From NCBI GenBank assembly GCA_000002445.1, contig CP000069.1:1554916-1618915 (forward strand): 64,000 nucleotides of DNA, written 5' to 3'. Under the pieces are notes generated by a model, which was given only the letters and a program-made list of their open reading frames with translations, did not search any database and was not told the DNA's origin. Shown piece after piece: positions 36,138 through 48,578 of this stretch (its first letter is position 1; each line of letters opens with the position of its first letter). The translations under genes and the position numbers were made by a program. Source of the DNA: Trypanosoma brucei. Its lineage: Eukaryota.

Positions 36138-37615
36138 TTACAAAAGCAAAAATGCAAGCCAAAGAGGGGCCTTATTAATGATAAAAGAATTTCTTTCTGT
36201 GGTGTTTGTGTTTGGAGCTGCTGTTGTAGTTTTTGCATGGTCTCCTCCGCATTTGCTATCTTTTAATTCACACTTTTCCCGGTTGCAGTCATCTTCTTTG
36301 TCCCTTTGCATTCGATACTGGTGGGTCTGTAGCGGTTATCGTCTTAATCTGCACTTGATTTGCATTCATACCGCGACAGAATGCTAGTGCTGTTGCGTAG
36401 CCACCACTTGTGGCGATAGCAGGTAATGATCGTTTCAGTTGATCGTCGCCGAGAGGGTTGGGAAGTTTGGTGTTAGACAACGTGTTGAGGAAAAGTTCCT
36501 TGACCTTTTTTGTTTTGTCGCCCAACAAATTTTCTACTTCTTTTTTAGGGTGTCTGTTGTTTGGGCTGTGGTCGCCTTGTCTGTTGTTACGAGCCACGCA
36601 GCTTTCTGGGAATCTCCGTCGTTGCTGAGCTCTGCGATTGTGTTATCTTGCAATGTAGGTGTTGTTTGGAAGACTAAGTTTTTCAGTTGGCGTATTACGT
36701 CTGCGGTTTGTGCTACTGTTAGTAATGTGGTCGCTGTGTGCCCGGTGTGTTCGGAGTTCTTGGTTGAGCTGCCTGGCGCCTGGCTCTGTTGCTTGGCTTG
36801 CAGTGTTGTCGCCGTCGTATAGCGTGTAATCGCCTTCACTCCCACATGGTGTGTGTTTTTACCAGCTCGTTAACCGCGTTGTTGCCGGCGGTGTCAGAGC
36901 CGCAGCCGATGCCCGTCCCGCCTAGTGGATGTTTGATATTTGCTCCTGCCCCGTGGTATGTTATAGTGATCTTGTAGTTTATGAATGCGAAGGCGTCGTC
37001 AGGTGTCAGCGACACTTGTGTTATCTCTGCGTGTCACCGTGCTGCTTCTTTGAGCTTGCTCTCCGTGCTTGAGTCTTGTGGGCATAGGTCTTGTTTTTCC
37101 TGCTTTGCATTGACATACGTGGTGCATGTCGCCGCTGTACCGCCTGTTGCCTTGTTCCCACTGTCGTTGTTTGTTTCGCTCGCCTTGGCCTTGGACACAC
37201 CTCCGGCTTGGTTCGCCATTAGCGCCGTTAGGGCTCCTAGCCGGCGATTTAGCAAGTTAAGTAGCGGGTCTATTGTCTGTTGGATGGTTTCTATCTCCCC
37301 CTGTAGCTTGGTTCTTCTTTTTTCTGCTGCTGCTACCAGTGCGAGATACTGTTGTTGCTGGCGCAGTGTGGCCATTGCGCAGGCTGCTAGTTCGAAAGTT
37401 TGTTGCTCTTTTTTAAGCTGGTCCAGGTTTGTTATTGGAGTTGCCAGCTTATCGGAAATGGCTGCTTGTGTCTCTCTGATGAATTTTATTTGCTGGTAAG
37501 GCGTGGTTATTGTCGCGGCTAGGACGCCCGCTGATTCTGCTGCCACGTTCCGTACCTGTGCTGCCAGTGCTGCTGCGAAGATTATTAAAGTCGCCGTGCT
37601 TTGATTGCAGGTCAT
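36138..37615 (-). pseudogene. VSG: VSG pseudogene. ORFs 37034-37615 (193 aa), 36534-36845 and 36289-36597 are separated by frameshifts, and a type-1-like C-terminal domain and GPI signal follow.
   Basis: The N-terminal region reads 'MTCNQSTATLIIFAAALAAQVRNVAAESAG...'. The C-terminus reads '...DCNREKCELKDSKCGGDHAKTTTAAPNTNTTERNSFIINKAPLWLAFLLL*'. Confidence 0.8.
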
Positions 37616-39095
37616 GTTTGTATGTGAAAAGCCGTTTGTCCGTTGCTTTTGTGCTGGAAAGGAGTTGGGAGCTTGTAATAATTTCTTTCTGAGCCACAGT
37701 TACTGTAGAGTATCGATTGTGGTAGTTCCACATTTGTTGCTAATGACAACCTTCCCATCCCTTTTAAATTAAATCTCATCTTTTTTAAACTTTGTTAAAG
37801 TCAGCGACTATCTTGTAGGGTTTGTATGATGACGGACCTATATATCGTTAAAAGACTGCTAATAGCTACAAATTTATCTCTTTTCGCTGGCTCCTCCCTC
37901 TAGTTCCAGGGTATCACGCTCTTTTCACGCCCTGTAGGTGAATTTATTCGATGCCTGGTGAGTGATGGCTGTCACTGCTTCTCCGAAGTCATCAATCAAA
38001 AGTCTTCTAGTATTAAATCTCCCATAATCAGTTTTCTCACTGGTTGCGCCGTTTTCCTTGCAAGGTCTGGGTAAATTTTAGTGATTGTCTCTGCATCTGT
38101 TTTACTACCATTTTTATTTACAACAGCCCCTCAAAAATAGCTTTCGTCATGCGGATCAGTGAATTGGCCTCGTAAATGGCTGTTTGTTTTCCTGGTAGCT
38201 CTCTTGAGTTTAGTTTTGCTGCTTGTCCTGAAAAGGTTTCTGCAGCTGTAAACCTTTTGATCCACCTAGTAGTTGCCATGTGCAAGCCACCTGATTCTGT
38301 CGGTACCATTTCCATTTACTATTACCTCTTTCGCTCTCACTAAACGACATAAGCCTGAAGAGACGATGAAATATTATTGAGAAAAAAGCGCATTTTTTTG
38401 GCTTCTGACTAATAGATTAGATACACCTAATTTATTAAGTCAGCTAGTTTTTAATCTAGTAAGTCAGGATATTAAGTTGTTGTTTCACATTTGCGGCTGA
38501 ATGTATTCTAGAAAACCACGAAGATAAGTACTCTATCTAAAAACCACAGCAATTTTCTAGAGTAGATACCACTATGATCCACTGTATCTACTTTATCTTG
38601 GGTCTAAATAACGGCTTCATTTTTTCTTTTCCTTTGGTATACTGATGCATTATTGGAATTGTTGCTGCTTCTGAACATGACGCTGGTGCCTTCACTTCTC
38701 ACAAGGTCGGGTGCAATCATCACCTGCTTATTTTTTTGTTTGTTGCTTGGCTTTGCTAATTCTTGTGCATATCACATAGAAAAGAACTGCAAGGTCTCTT
38801 CAAATGAATCATTCGTGCTGCACTTCTGTTTATTCATGATAATTCTTTTAGTGGAAATAGTGCAACCCTTCAAGAGCTTGTGGAAACATATTAGAAGTGT
38901 GTCACTTAGACGCATTCCACTTACATTGCTTCCATAGCATTAGTTTCAGTTCCTTTATTTATCCTGTACAATGCACTTAGCTACTTTCTCATCGTCCTCT
39001 CCATCACAATCTTGTGTGTAATGATGATGATGGTTATACTAATGTTTGTGTTTGAAAAAGAGCATACTAAATCCCCATTTTCCCTCTTTGTCTCA

Positions 39096-39118
39096 CACAC
39101 ACACACACACACACACTT
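39096..39118. repeat. (CA)n microsatellite.
   Basis: The sequence reads 'cacacacacacacacacacac'. Confidence 0.9.
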
Positions 39119-39184
39119 AATCTCACTAAACCTGTGCTGTTGTTTTTGTGCTTCTATTTTTGTGTCTCCTCGTTATGCACTATT

Positions 39185-39280
39185 ATTGCTCTCATAATAA
39201 TATTAAAATATACCCACTCACAACGTGATTGTATCATCATCATTATTATTATTATCATTTTTATTATAACACCACCAATG
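39185..39280 (-). repeat. 70-bp repeat unit, upstream of the VSG at 36138-37615.
   Basis: The sequence reads 'ataataatattaaaatatacccactcacaacgtgattgtatcatcatcattattattattatcatttttattat'. Confidence 0.75.
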
Positions 39281-39527
39281 AAAATAAAAATTAAATTAAA
39301 TTGGAATAGTACTAACTTTTCATACTATATAACGATACTACTTTGCATCGGCAGGAGATTTTTATACATAGTTTTTAGATGCTTTTAATTCTAAATTTTT
39401 AATGGTTTGAAAGAAGTGTTAAAATATAGAAAAGTTTAACAAATTTTATCAAATTATTAAAAACGGCATATTTCATAAGTTGAATAAATTGAGGAAATTG
39501 AAGAAAAACCCTAAAATCCTTAAAATT

Positions 39528-41060
39528 CTACCAAATCACAAAAGCAGAAGCCATACTCGGAGCCAATTTCTTATTGGGGAGAAAACTGGAATCTTTGCAT
39601 TTGTTTTCTTCCCATTTGCAACCAGCTTCCTTCTTGCAAACATCCTCCACTTTGCCTGTACATTTTTCTGTTGCTGTTTGTTCATTTCCTTTTGTTTCTC
39701 CCGCTTGGGTTTTCGCTTGTCCGACTTTTGTTGTATTCAATTTGCACTTTTTCTCTCCTTCTGTAGCCTTATCATTCCATTCACATTCTGACTTTAGGCT
39801 GCATTCTTCGGGGATAACTATTGCTTCACAATCTTTGCTGATATTGTTCGCTTGGTCCTTGTTGGCTGGTGTCAATATTTCTTGTGACGCTATGGGGGGT
39901 TTGGTTAAAGCTAAATGCGAGTAAAGTTTGTCAGCTTTGGCGCGCAATGCTTTCAGCTTGGTGTTTATTACCTTTGCGACAGTCGCTGCCTCTGATGCTG
40001 CGTCCAGTTTATTGGCTGCTTCTAATAGCTTCTCTTCCCACTGTATCTTTGTTGCTGTGCCTGTTGCTGCCAGCAGGGTTGATGCGCTCATGTCTACACA
40101 AGCGGCGCTCGCTTCCGCCCGGCAGTCGTGGTTGGTGCCCGCTGTCCCCAGAATTACGCTTTTGCCGCTGCCACCTCCCTTTGTCTTGTAGAGCCCTTTG
40201 AGCTGCGCTAGTAAACTGCGTATGTTGGCCCCTGTTGGTTTGACTGACGGCATCTTTAGGCAGTGCGGTTCAAGTTCCCTATACGCTGCTTTGACGCCGG
40301 CTTCATTCCAAGACGTAACATCCTGTGTTAGTGTCGCTCCGCAGACATCGGTGTTGGGCTGGTCCCCCGAGTTTTTTGCACACAGACACACCGAAACTAT
40401 GCAAAGAGCGTTGCCTGCTGTGGCTACTTTACAGTCAGCGGCCCTGTTGCCGCCTTTTGCCCCCGGGCATTTGTTTTCTGCTAAAGTTTCAGCCTTCCCT
40501 GCGCCGTACGCTGCTGTTTTTAGATCGTCCAGCACTTTCTGTTTCAGGTCTGTTAGTGCTGGTCTACTTTCCGCATCGAATCTTGCCTGAAGTGTTGCCG
40601 CCTCAGCTGCTATTGCTGCTGCAGCTAATGCGGCTGCCCGGCCTACGCTGCTCGTTTTTTGCATTGGTGAGATTTTTGCAGCCTTATTGTTTTTGTCTTT
40701 GTTTGCTAAGGAATGCGCTATGTGTTGCCATGCCAGCCATTGTTCCTGGCAGCTGTCTTTCGATTGGACGTCCTCACATCCTTTGGCTTCGGCCTTGGTT
40801 TTGATGCCGTCCGTCGGAAAGGCCTTAGTCCAATAGTCATCTGCTAACGAAAAGTTCACTTCGTTGATAGCGGCGATTTCATCTGTTTCGAGCTGGGCTG
40901 TTGGCATGTCGGTGCCATCGTCGTTGGCTATTTTTATTAGGGAGCACACCGTGGTTAGTTCAGCTAAATTTAATGCTTCACTGTCGGCTGCGTGCGAATA
41001 TCGGGTTGCTGCTACTACAAACAGGAGTAACACACTGGCGTGAGCTGGTATCAAAGTCAT
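39528..41060 (-). CDS. VSG: VSG with an apparently intact 510-aa ORF: signal peptide, N-terminal domain, two 4-Cys C-terminal subdomains and a GPI signal.
   Basis: The reading frame runs uninterrupted from 'MTLIPAHASVLLLFVVAATRYSHAADSEALNLAELTTVCSLIKIANDD...' to '...CTGKVEDVCKKEAGCKWEENKCKDSSFLPNKKLAPSMASAFVIW*'. The 16-mer at 39416-39431 lies downstream. The hydrophobic tail is slightly shorter than the canonical 23 residues. Confidence 0.8.
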   Translation of the reverse strand: MTLIPAHASVLLLFVVAATRYSHAADSEALNLAELTTVCSLIKIANDDGTDMPTAQLETDEIAAINEVNFSLADDYWTKAFPTDGIKTKAEAKGCEDVQSKDSCQEQWLAWQHIAHSLANKDKNNKAAKISPMQKTSSVGRAAALAAAAIAAEAATLQARFDAESRPALTDLKQKVLDDLKTAAYGAGKAETLAENKCPGAKGGNRAADCKVATAGNALCIVSVCLCAKNSGDQPNTDVCGATLTQDVTSWNEAGVKAAYRELEPHCLKMPSVKPTGANIRSLLAQLKGLYKTKGGGSGKSVILGTAGTNHDCRAEASAACVDMSASTLLAATGTATKIQWEEKLLEAANKLDAASEAATVAKVINTKLKALRAKADKLYSHLALTKPPIASQEILTPANKDQANNISKDCEAIVIPEECSLKSECEWNDKATEGEKKCKLNTTKVGQAKTQAGETKGNEQTATEKCTGKVEDVCKKEAGCKWEENKCKDSSFLPNKKLAPSMASAFVIW

Positions 41061-41379
41061 ATTTATTGTGTGTTGATGGTTATACGCTTAGATGCTTTGC
41101 ACTCTAAAATAGATGCGTTGGTTTCATTTCAAAGGAAGTTAGGGAACTCTTGAGGCGCCTTGCCGTGTACTTTGGCACTTACCCTCACGGGTTGGTACCT
41201 GTCGTTCATTTTTATCAGAAAAAGTTGTTCTTTATGCGTAGTGCTAATACTTCTTCCGGGTTTTGTGGGTGGTATCGCAACGATGCCTTGCCGCTGGAGG
41301 CTCAGATTTCCGCTTTGGCGTAAATTCCTTTTTAAAATTCTATACTCGTTGACTTTTTTAAATTTTCCACCGAGCAACC

Positions 41380-41960
41380 GTCAGGTCCATGCAGTCTGAC
41401 CAGCCGAGGGTAAGGCTTAAATGCATTTATCCGCACCACGCCGTGAGGACATGGTAGTGTGGGACTCAACGCTGGAGGCCAGCGTGCCTATCCACTAAAA
41501 CCCCCTTTGTTTCTTTGAGAATCGACACATACAGGTGGGCCACCGCATGTGTGCGATTCTAGGGGGCGTTGTCCATTTGCCGTCCATCCGATCCCTCCCA
41601 CATTGCATCTGAACCATGTTTACCATATCCATCTGCCTCCCCGGCCGGAAGTTGGGTCAGGGATTTTGGTTCCCCCACCTGAGCAGGGTACTGAACCGTG
41701 GTGCAACACTAAGTAATGGTTCTTTCTTCATGGAGCAGCCACAGCATATTCAGTATTGCAACCGACTTTTGGATGGAACATTTGGCTTTCCAGTCGATTT
41801 CTCTTCTGGTACGTGACCCTGGCGCCACATTGAGGCAGATTCATTCTTAGTGTAAGCTAAATAATCTGCGCCCGCGGGGATTCACCCAGGAATTATCTGC
41901 GACGAGCACTCTACTTAACCACTAAACCAGGGGCCGGTTAAGTTGCTGTTGTAGTCCGCG
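41380..41960 (-). mobile_element. GC-rich non-VSG block carrying a degenerate ingi/RIME-clade retroposon terminal signature on the minus strand. It is a likely truncated retroposon (ingi, DIRE or SIDER-like) and it truncates a VSG.
   Basis: The minus strand reads '...CTCAATGTGGCGCCAGGGTCACGTACCAG...'. The ingi 5' end at 62518 reads '...CTCAACATGGCGCCAGGGTCCAGTACCCCG...'. GC content is well above the flanks. The block ends abruptly at the VSG fragment boundary at 41960. Confidence 0.45.
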
Positions 41961-42592
41961 TAACACAAGCATGTTAAATCTTTTGCTACGGTTGTCACCT
42001 GGATTTTTTCTGAAGCCGAGTTGCACCGTTCCGTTCCTGTGCTGAACATCGGTTTCTTCGTCGCTTGTTGGGGTTGATCTCCCGACAGAGGGTGCTTTAG
42101 GTGTTGTCGTGGCGTTGTTACTAAAGCCTGTATCATAGCGTGAGTCAGCTTTTGCTGTCTACTCGGTTTTATGGCGCCCAGTTGCATTTGTTTTACGGCT
42201 GTTTCTGTCAGTTGTCGTTCTGGTTCGTCGCAGGTGCGTAAATATTTACGCTTTGCATCTGCTGCCTGTGCCTCTGGAAAACTTTGTTTTGTCTTCTGCC
42301 ATGTTTGTTTGCTAAAAGGTGAAAAAATTGGCGGCGTGAAATTAACTGTCAGCGTTGTTACAAAGTACAGTTCCTGTCCGTCGATGATCGCGTGTCGTGT
42401 GTCGGTTCGTGTTAAGTCTGTTGTGTTGGATTTCTATGAGGACGGCTTGTAAATTGCGCAGAAGAAAGAGAATTCTTTGCTGTTCTTTGTGGCCGCTGTG
42501 TTGGCCAGTGCCGCCGCCAATAGTAGTAACAACGATGTTGGTGCTGTAGCAAATACGCCATCTCCCGACTTTTCATGTCCGTATCTGTTCAT
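41960..42592 (-). pseudogene. VSG: VSG 5' fragment (signal peptide plus partial N-terminal domain) truncated by the retroposon-like block.
   Basis: The signal region reads 'MNRYGHEKSGDGVFATAPTSLLLLLAAALANTAATKNSKEFSFFCAIYK...'. The continuation reads '...QKTKQSFPEAQAADAKRKYLRTCDE...QMQLGAIKPSRQQKLTHAMIQALVTTP...'. Confidence 0.55.
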
Positions 42593-44084
42593 CCCTAGCT
42601 TTCAGTCGGGACTTGCAAACTCTGGGGGTTCAGAAACGGAAAAATAGTTGAGTGGCCCCAGTGTCTACAATAAAGTCCACTGCTTTTCTTTCAAGCTGCT
42701 GTTGTTTACCGCGCGTGGCTTTTAGATTGATGAATACGATTTGTATCCATTCACATTATTTCTAGCCGCCTATATCCCTCATCTATGAAATATCGTCTTT
42801 CGACACCCTATTTTTCCACTAAAATAAAAGCTTTATATTCTCACTATTACTTGCCACCGCTTGAAATCAATACATAACATGAAAATCACACGACAGAATA
42901 AAAAACAGTCACCACCATCATCTCTGTTGCACCCATTCATTTTTTGTGATGTGGTGTTTTCTTTTGAGTGCCCATGGTACTTCCATCCGCCGCATCATAT
43001 GTGACTTCGTAATTTCGGCCCCCAGTTTCGCCACTTCTTCCATTTCATACTTTATGTGCTTCATTCTGGGCCTTGAGAATGATTAATTCTAAACATTGAA
43101 GAGGAGTATCTGTTGTTCTCTTCCTAGGAACTTCTTACATTTGTAACGTAGATTGTCATTGGTCTTTCATTTGTTCCATTTTTAAATAATTATCTGATAG
43201 CTGTCGATTTCTTGCACGTGAGCGACACAAAAGCTACAACAGGATAAAAGTCTCATGAGAAATGGCTCATCTATTCTGACTTATTCCCTCTGTGTTAGAT
43301 TCACTTGTATTATTTAAAGTCACCTTGTTTTTAATCTACTAAATAAGCTATTTAAGTTGTGCCTACACACCTCTAATTGCATGGCCCCAGAAAAACAATG
43401 AAATGCTTCGTTCTATCGAATATTTTTACCAACTCTACTGTGCATAGGGTGTTAATAAGGTTAAATGCTTCTACACTGCCTTTTAATGCAATAATTTTAT
43501 TTTTGTCTCTTTTCATTTGCCATTTCTATGGTTTTCCGGATAGTTTTCAAAATCTTTAAATGTTGTGATATTTTTTGAGCTTTACACGTATGTTTAGGTA
43601 CAATCATTCTCTGCATACTTGTTCACTTCTCTCAAGTTCCAAATTCTGTTCATAGCTGCACTCTCACAAGAATTACACGTAATTTATTAGCTACACTTTC
43701 TGCATTAGATAGTTTTTTTCCATAATGCTGCTTTCAGTAGAAATAATGCATTCTTCGAGGAATTCTCAGTAACATGTGGGAAATAGTAGGCTTAGTCTCT
43801 TGCCACACTCACTGCTTCTCCGTTGCAAATTTAGAAGCTTAATTTGTCTTCAAAACTGTACTCTGTCTTTTCATCATCTTACCGTGTATAACAATGAGCA
43901 GTTCCATGTTATTGTTTGACACTCCACATATTCTGTCTCCTTTTTCTTTTCTTTACGCCTTTCTTAATAATATTATCCGTTCCCTCCCCTTTCCCTCTTA
44001 CTCACTGTCCCTCCTACTCACTTTGATTTCGCACTTACCACTGTTCAAATATTTTATTTTTTTCTGTCCATATAGTCTTCATAC

Positions 44085-44455
<371 letters not shown>

Positions 44456-44687
44456 TACAATGCCATCATTAATATCATTACTTTTATCATTATTACCCTA
44501 AATTGCTCTTAATATACATAAAATAAACAAAATAAACCTAATCAGAATAGCACCCACTTTTAACACCTTATCACCTTATGACTTAGCAGTCATATACAAC
44601 ATTAATACCAAAAGCTGAAATATATATATATTTTTACAAATTCTCTAGAAAAAGCTCCATAAATTTTACAAAATAGAGCAAAAATAG

Positions 44688-46264
44688 TTAGAGGTAAAAT
44701 TCGACGAAACTCATAAAAGCAGCAGCCATACTCAGAGCAAATTTCTAATTGACGATAAAACTACGATTTCTGCACTTCTCCTTTTTTGTATCCTTATCAT
44801 CTTCACCATATTTACCCTTTCTAAATGCACAATTGTGTTTGTCACCTGTTTTGTCAGCTTCACAATTAGACATATTTGGTGTGTTGCATACACAGGTTTA
44901 TCAGCTGCGTGTTCTGCATCTCTTGTCCCTACTGCTGTGTTTTCTTTTCCTGTCTCTTTAGGTTTGCATTCCTTTTGTGTTTTGTCATATTCGCAGTGTG
45001 TTTCCGGACACTCTGCTGGGGTATTGTTCTTTTTGGGGCAGCTCTTGCCGTTGATATTTGTGTCTTTGCCTTTCGGTGCTTGTACAGCAGTTCCTGCCAC
45101 GGGTGTTTGTGCAGGCAAGGCGGCTGCCATCGCCAGACTGTAAGCGCAGTCGGTTTGTTTTTCTATGAGCGCTATTTGCTGTGCAATTCGGTTAGCTGTT
45201 TCGATTTGCTTTGCTTGGGATTCTAAATTTTCTGCTGCCGTCCATAGATGGCCAACCCAAGGAATGCCTGTGACTCCTTTTCCGGTTTGTTTTTTGAAGT
45301 AATTGGCATAACTTACACAGAGGTTTGATGACGTGCCGTCGCAGCTTGCGCCGTTTAGGCCTCCGAGGTAAACCAGTGTCTCGCTCGCTGACGTTTTTCT
45401 GCCTAGAGTTGACTCGAAACTATGTATCGCGTCTATAAAAGCGTTTGCGGTAAGCTTCGGCTTTACTTGTTGCGGACATGTTGCCTTGAGAGTCGTCCAG
45501 TGGGTGTCCGGATTCGTGATGCTGACTACCCAGTTCTGTTGTGTGTCGCCGGCTGGGCATTCGCTGGCGCCTGTGTCGGTGCCGTTGCAGAGGCAGAGAA
45601 AGTCGCCGATTATCGATCGGCCTGTTTTGGCTTCGACACACGTTGTCGTCCAGGCTGCAGCACCATCCAGTGTGTTTGTTGTGTCGACCGCTGTGTTTGT
45701 GCCATCGCCGCCCTATAGGGCGGCGTTGAGTTCCTTTTGTATCTTTGCTGGCAGGGTGGTTGTCACCTCTGTTTTTACAAGATTGTATTGATGCTGCAGT
45801 TCCTCTAATTTGGAGGCGTTTTGTTCTATGATCAAATGAAGAAACTGCCATTGCTGGTCATACGTTATTTTCTTGTATTTGCTGTGGTCTTCTGTTCCTA
45901 CCTTTGCATCTGCCGCCCTCTCCGCTGCCGACCACCAGTGTTCCCATTTTCCGCCCCAGTCTTTGGCATACGAAGGCGATACGTACACTTCCGGCATCTT
46001 TTTTCCTTTTTCTTCTGTTAGTTTTGTGTCGAACAATGCCCGCCAGTTGTCGTCGCTTGTTGTTAAATTGAGTTCAAGCATCGTCTGCAGAGCCTTTCCT
46101 TTATCTGGTGTGATCGTCGCCGGCGGTTGCTGTGCTGCCGCTAGGGCCTGTAACCGACACATGATTCCATGGGCTTGCGCGTTGTCGTCCGCTGCGCTGC
46201 TCGCTGGCCGGATAGCATAAGTTAAGAAAGCTAGCACTGCTAGTACGCAAGTGTTAGCACACAT
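44688..46264 (-). pseudogene. VSG: VSG pseudogene. The N-terminal-domain ORF (45713-46264) and the C-terminal-domain ORF (44732-45130) are separated by frameshifts, and the GPI signal contains an in-frame stop.
   Basis: The N-terminal region reads 'MCANTCVLAVLAFLTYAIRPASSAADDN...LELNLTTSDDNWRALF...'. The C-terminus reads '...KEKCRNRSFIVN*KFALSMAAAFMSFVEF'. Confidence 0.8.
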
Positions 46265-46382
46265 GCTACGCTGTGGGCCGTAAGCACCTACGTATATTAA
46301 AAAGACAGAAAACTACTGGAAAAAAACGTTTTTGTACATAATTATGTAATACCAAAAATTTACTGATAATGACTTGCAGCTG

Positions 46383-47420
46383 TTATAGATCTGATTTAAT
46401 CAACAATTGAACGGAGTCTCTTCGTCGTCGGTGGCGCGCTAGGATATTCTTTAATTTGTTGGGGTGGTTGTTTTTCTGGTTTGTTTCCGGTACTTTCTGG
46501 CACTTATTGTGCAGTGGTCTTCTGCGCTCGACTTGTGTTTCACAAATTCTCGGCTTTAAAAAGGTACCCTTCTTTAAACGCATCACCACAAATCTCAAAA
46601 AATTAAATTTTTCCATCCATTGTATAAGTTTGAATTTTTCACAAATATATTGTGCCAAATTGTTTACTCTCCAACTTCTTGTACAAACTAAGACATTTAA
46701 TAATCATTTTTCCTTCACTTCCCATGCGGTGGGCTATACAGAAAAAAATGAATGGGACCTCTCCAATATCACCACTATTTTGAGCAAAGATTCTCTCCTC
46801 ATAATCCAATCCAATCATTCCTCTCTTCAAAACAAATTTCTGTCAACCAGCTTTTTCCTGGATCGCATTCCATATAGTAAAGGTTTGTGGATACTCTGCT
46901 CTCGCCGCCATTTCTCATTTCCTTTCAATAACTTGCCAAATGTATATTCAAATTTCTTGAGTGCCCAAACTCTTGCCATTAAACTTCCACCACTAAGATA
47001 AGGTTTTCCTCTAGGAGGTATTTTAAGAAAAAGACGTAATTTTTATCTTCTTCTTGTCTCTCTGTGACAAACATTAAAAAAACTAATAACATCTTTTCGC
47101 GGACTCTTTGACAATATCCTTCTAACTAAAGTTCTGTTTATTTTCTGCAGTATTTTGTATAAAATGTTTCACACCACTCTCATACTTATTTCTATCACTA
47201 ACTATAACATCATATCCATCCAAATGAATTACAATATCCTCATCACTTGCATTCGTTTGCTGTAAGAATACCATAAACCATCTAGGCCTTTTATCATGAC
47301 TATACAAACCTCCCATCGCAATTGTAATAATTTCAACATGGCTTAGTTTGCCACTTAATATTAGTCTACACCATACTTGAGTTTCATGAGTTTAAACTAC
47401 AGCCACAAAAACTGTTAGTT
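46383..47420 (-). pseudogene. Copy B of the DxD-motif family pseudogene, immediately upstream of the VSG at 44688-46264 and paralogous to 34362-35300.
   Basis: The sequence reads '...SGKLSHVEIITIAMGGLYSHDKRPRWFMVFLQQTNASDEDIVIHLDGYDVIVSDRNKYESGVKHFIQNTAENKQNFS*'. ORF 46639-46830 reads '...EVPFIFFCIAHRMGSEGKMIIKCLSLYKKLESKQ', which is homologous to copy A. Confidence 0.45.
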
Positions 47421-48244
47421 TCTTAGGATTCTTTTTCTGTTATATTTCCCTCTGTATAATATTAAAGAGATTTTAAGCTTAGAAAATGGAAATCTAATGA
47501 CAACAATCGAAGCAGTAAAACTTTCAAGAGTCCAAATTTTTGGACGTAATTTAGCTTTGAAAATATGGAGAATTTTGAAAAAGTGATAAAAAAGCTGTGA
47601 AAATAAATTAGTTGGACACTAACGTGTTTACATATATTGATACTGCCTTTATATTTTTGTGATTTAGATATTAAATGATGTATGGTTATGTTATGAAACG
47701 TATCTTTGAGCACACATCGACAATTTCTGTTTTAGAATGTAGCCTCAACCCCATACAGTGTAGTTCATGCATACACAGTCCCTTTCTATGCATTTCCAAG
47801 AGACATTTCTCATCTAGTTGCTCTACTTGGTTCGCTATACTAAGTATTTTTTTAGTTTCGTTTGCTGAAACTTCACACCATCTGTTTTCGTCATAATGTT
47901 CCCATCAGAGCGACTTTATGAACTACTTATATCACTGCTGTGGATAACGTAGCGGCTCCATATGCTTTGGACATGAAACTCTGTCTCTCAATGATTGTCT
48001 CCTCCACCACGTCCTTGTGTATAATGATGAAGCCACTCGTAATGTTTTTGTTTAAAATTGATAACATTCTATTTTTGTTATCTATATCTCTCTGTCTTTG
48101 ACTTTTGATCTTCCTCTACTAATACTCCTCTAACTTTCCATTATCCGGTTGCTCACTAACTACCATTTCAACCCTTTCCATTTTTTTATATTTTCCACCA
48201 TGGCAGTTAATTTGATCTTCCCCACTACTTTCATTATAAAAATA

Positions 48245-48295
48245 GTTCCACACGCTAACAACAAACTCCTATCATTATTATTGTTATTGCGATTG
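48245..48295 (-). repeat. 70-bp repeat unit, degenerate.
   Basis: The sequence reads 'cacacgctaacaacaaactcctatcattattattgttattgcgattg'. Confidence 0.6.
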
Positions 48296-48578
48296 ACCTA
48301 GCCAGTATTCCAAAATCAATAAAATAAACAGAATAAACCAAACTAGAATATTATATAATTTAACCCCATCACTGTGCTACTTTTTATACATTAGCGACTT
48401 TCACTCCATAATATCGTAATATCAAAATTTGTATATTTTTCAATGGTTTTATAAAAGTATTAATATATATATATATATAATTTTATAAAACTTTTTCAAC
48501 TCCTCCTAAAAAAATAGAACTTCATAGAGTTTCAAAAAATTGATCAAAGATCCTTAAAATTTTAGAATCCTTAATATA

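Noticed and set aside
41880-41950. A tRNA-like stretch on the minus strand ('GGCCCCTGGTTTAGTGGTTAAGTAGAG...GGGTGAATCCCC').
   Set aside because: The acceptor stem and T-arm cannot be closed into a cloverleaf. It is more likely part of the GC-rich retroposon-like block. It is worth a tRNAscan run but is not called.
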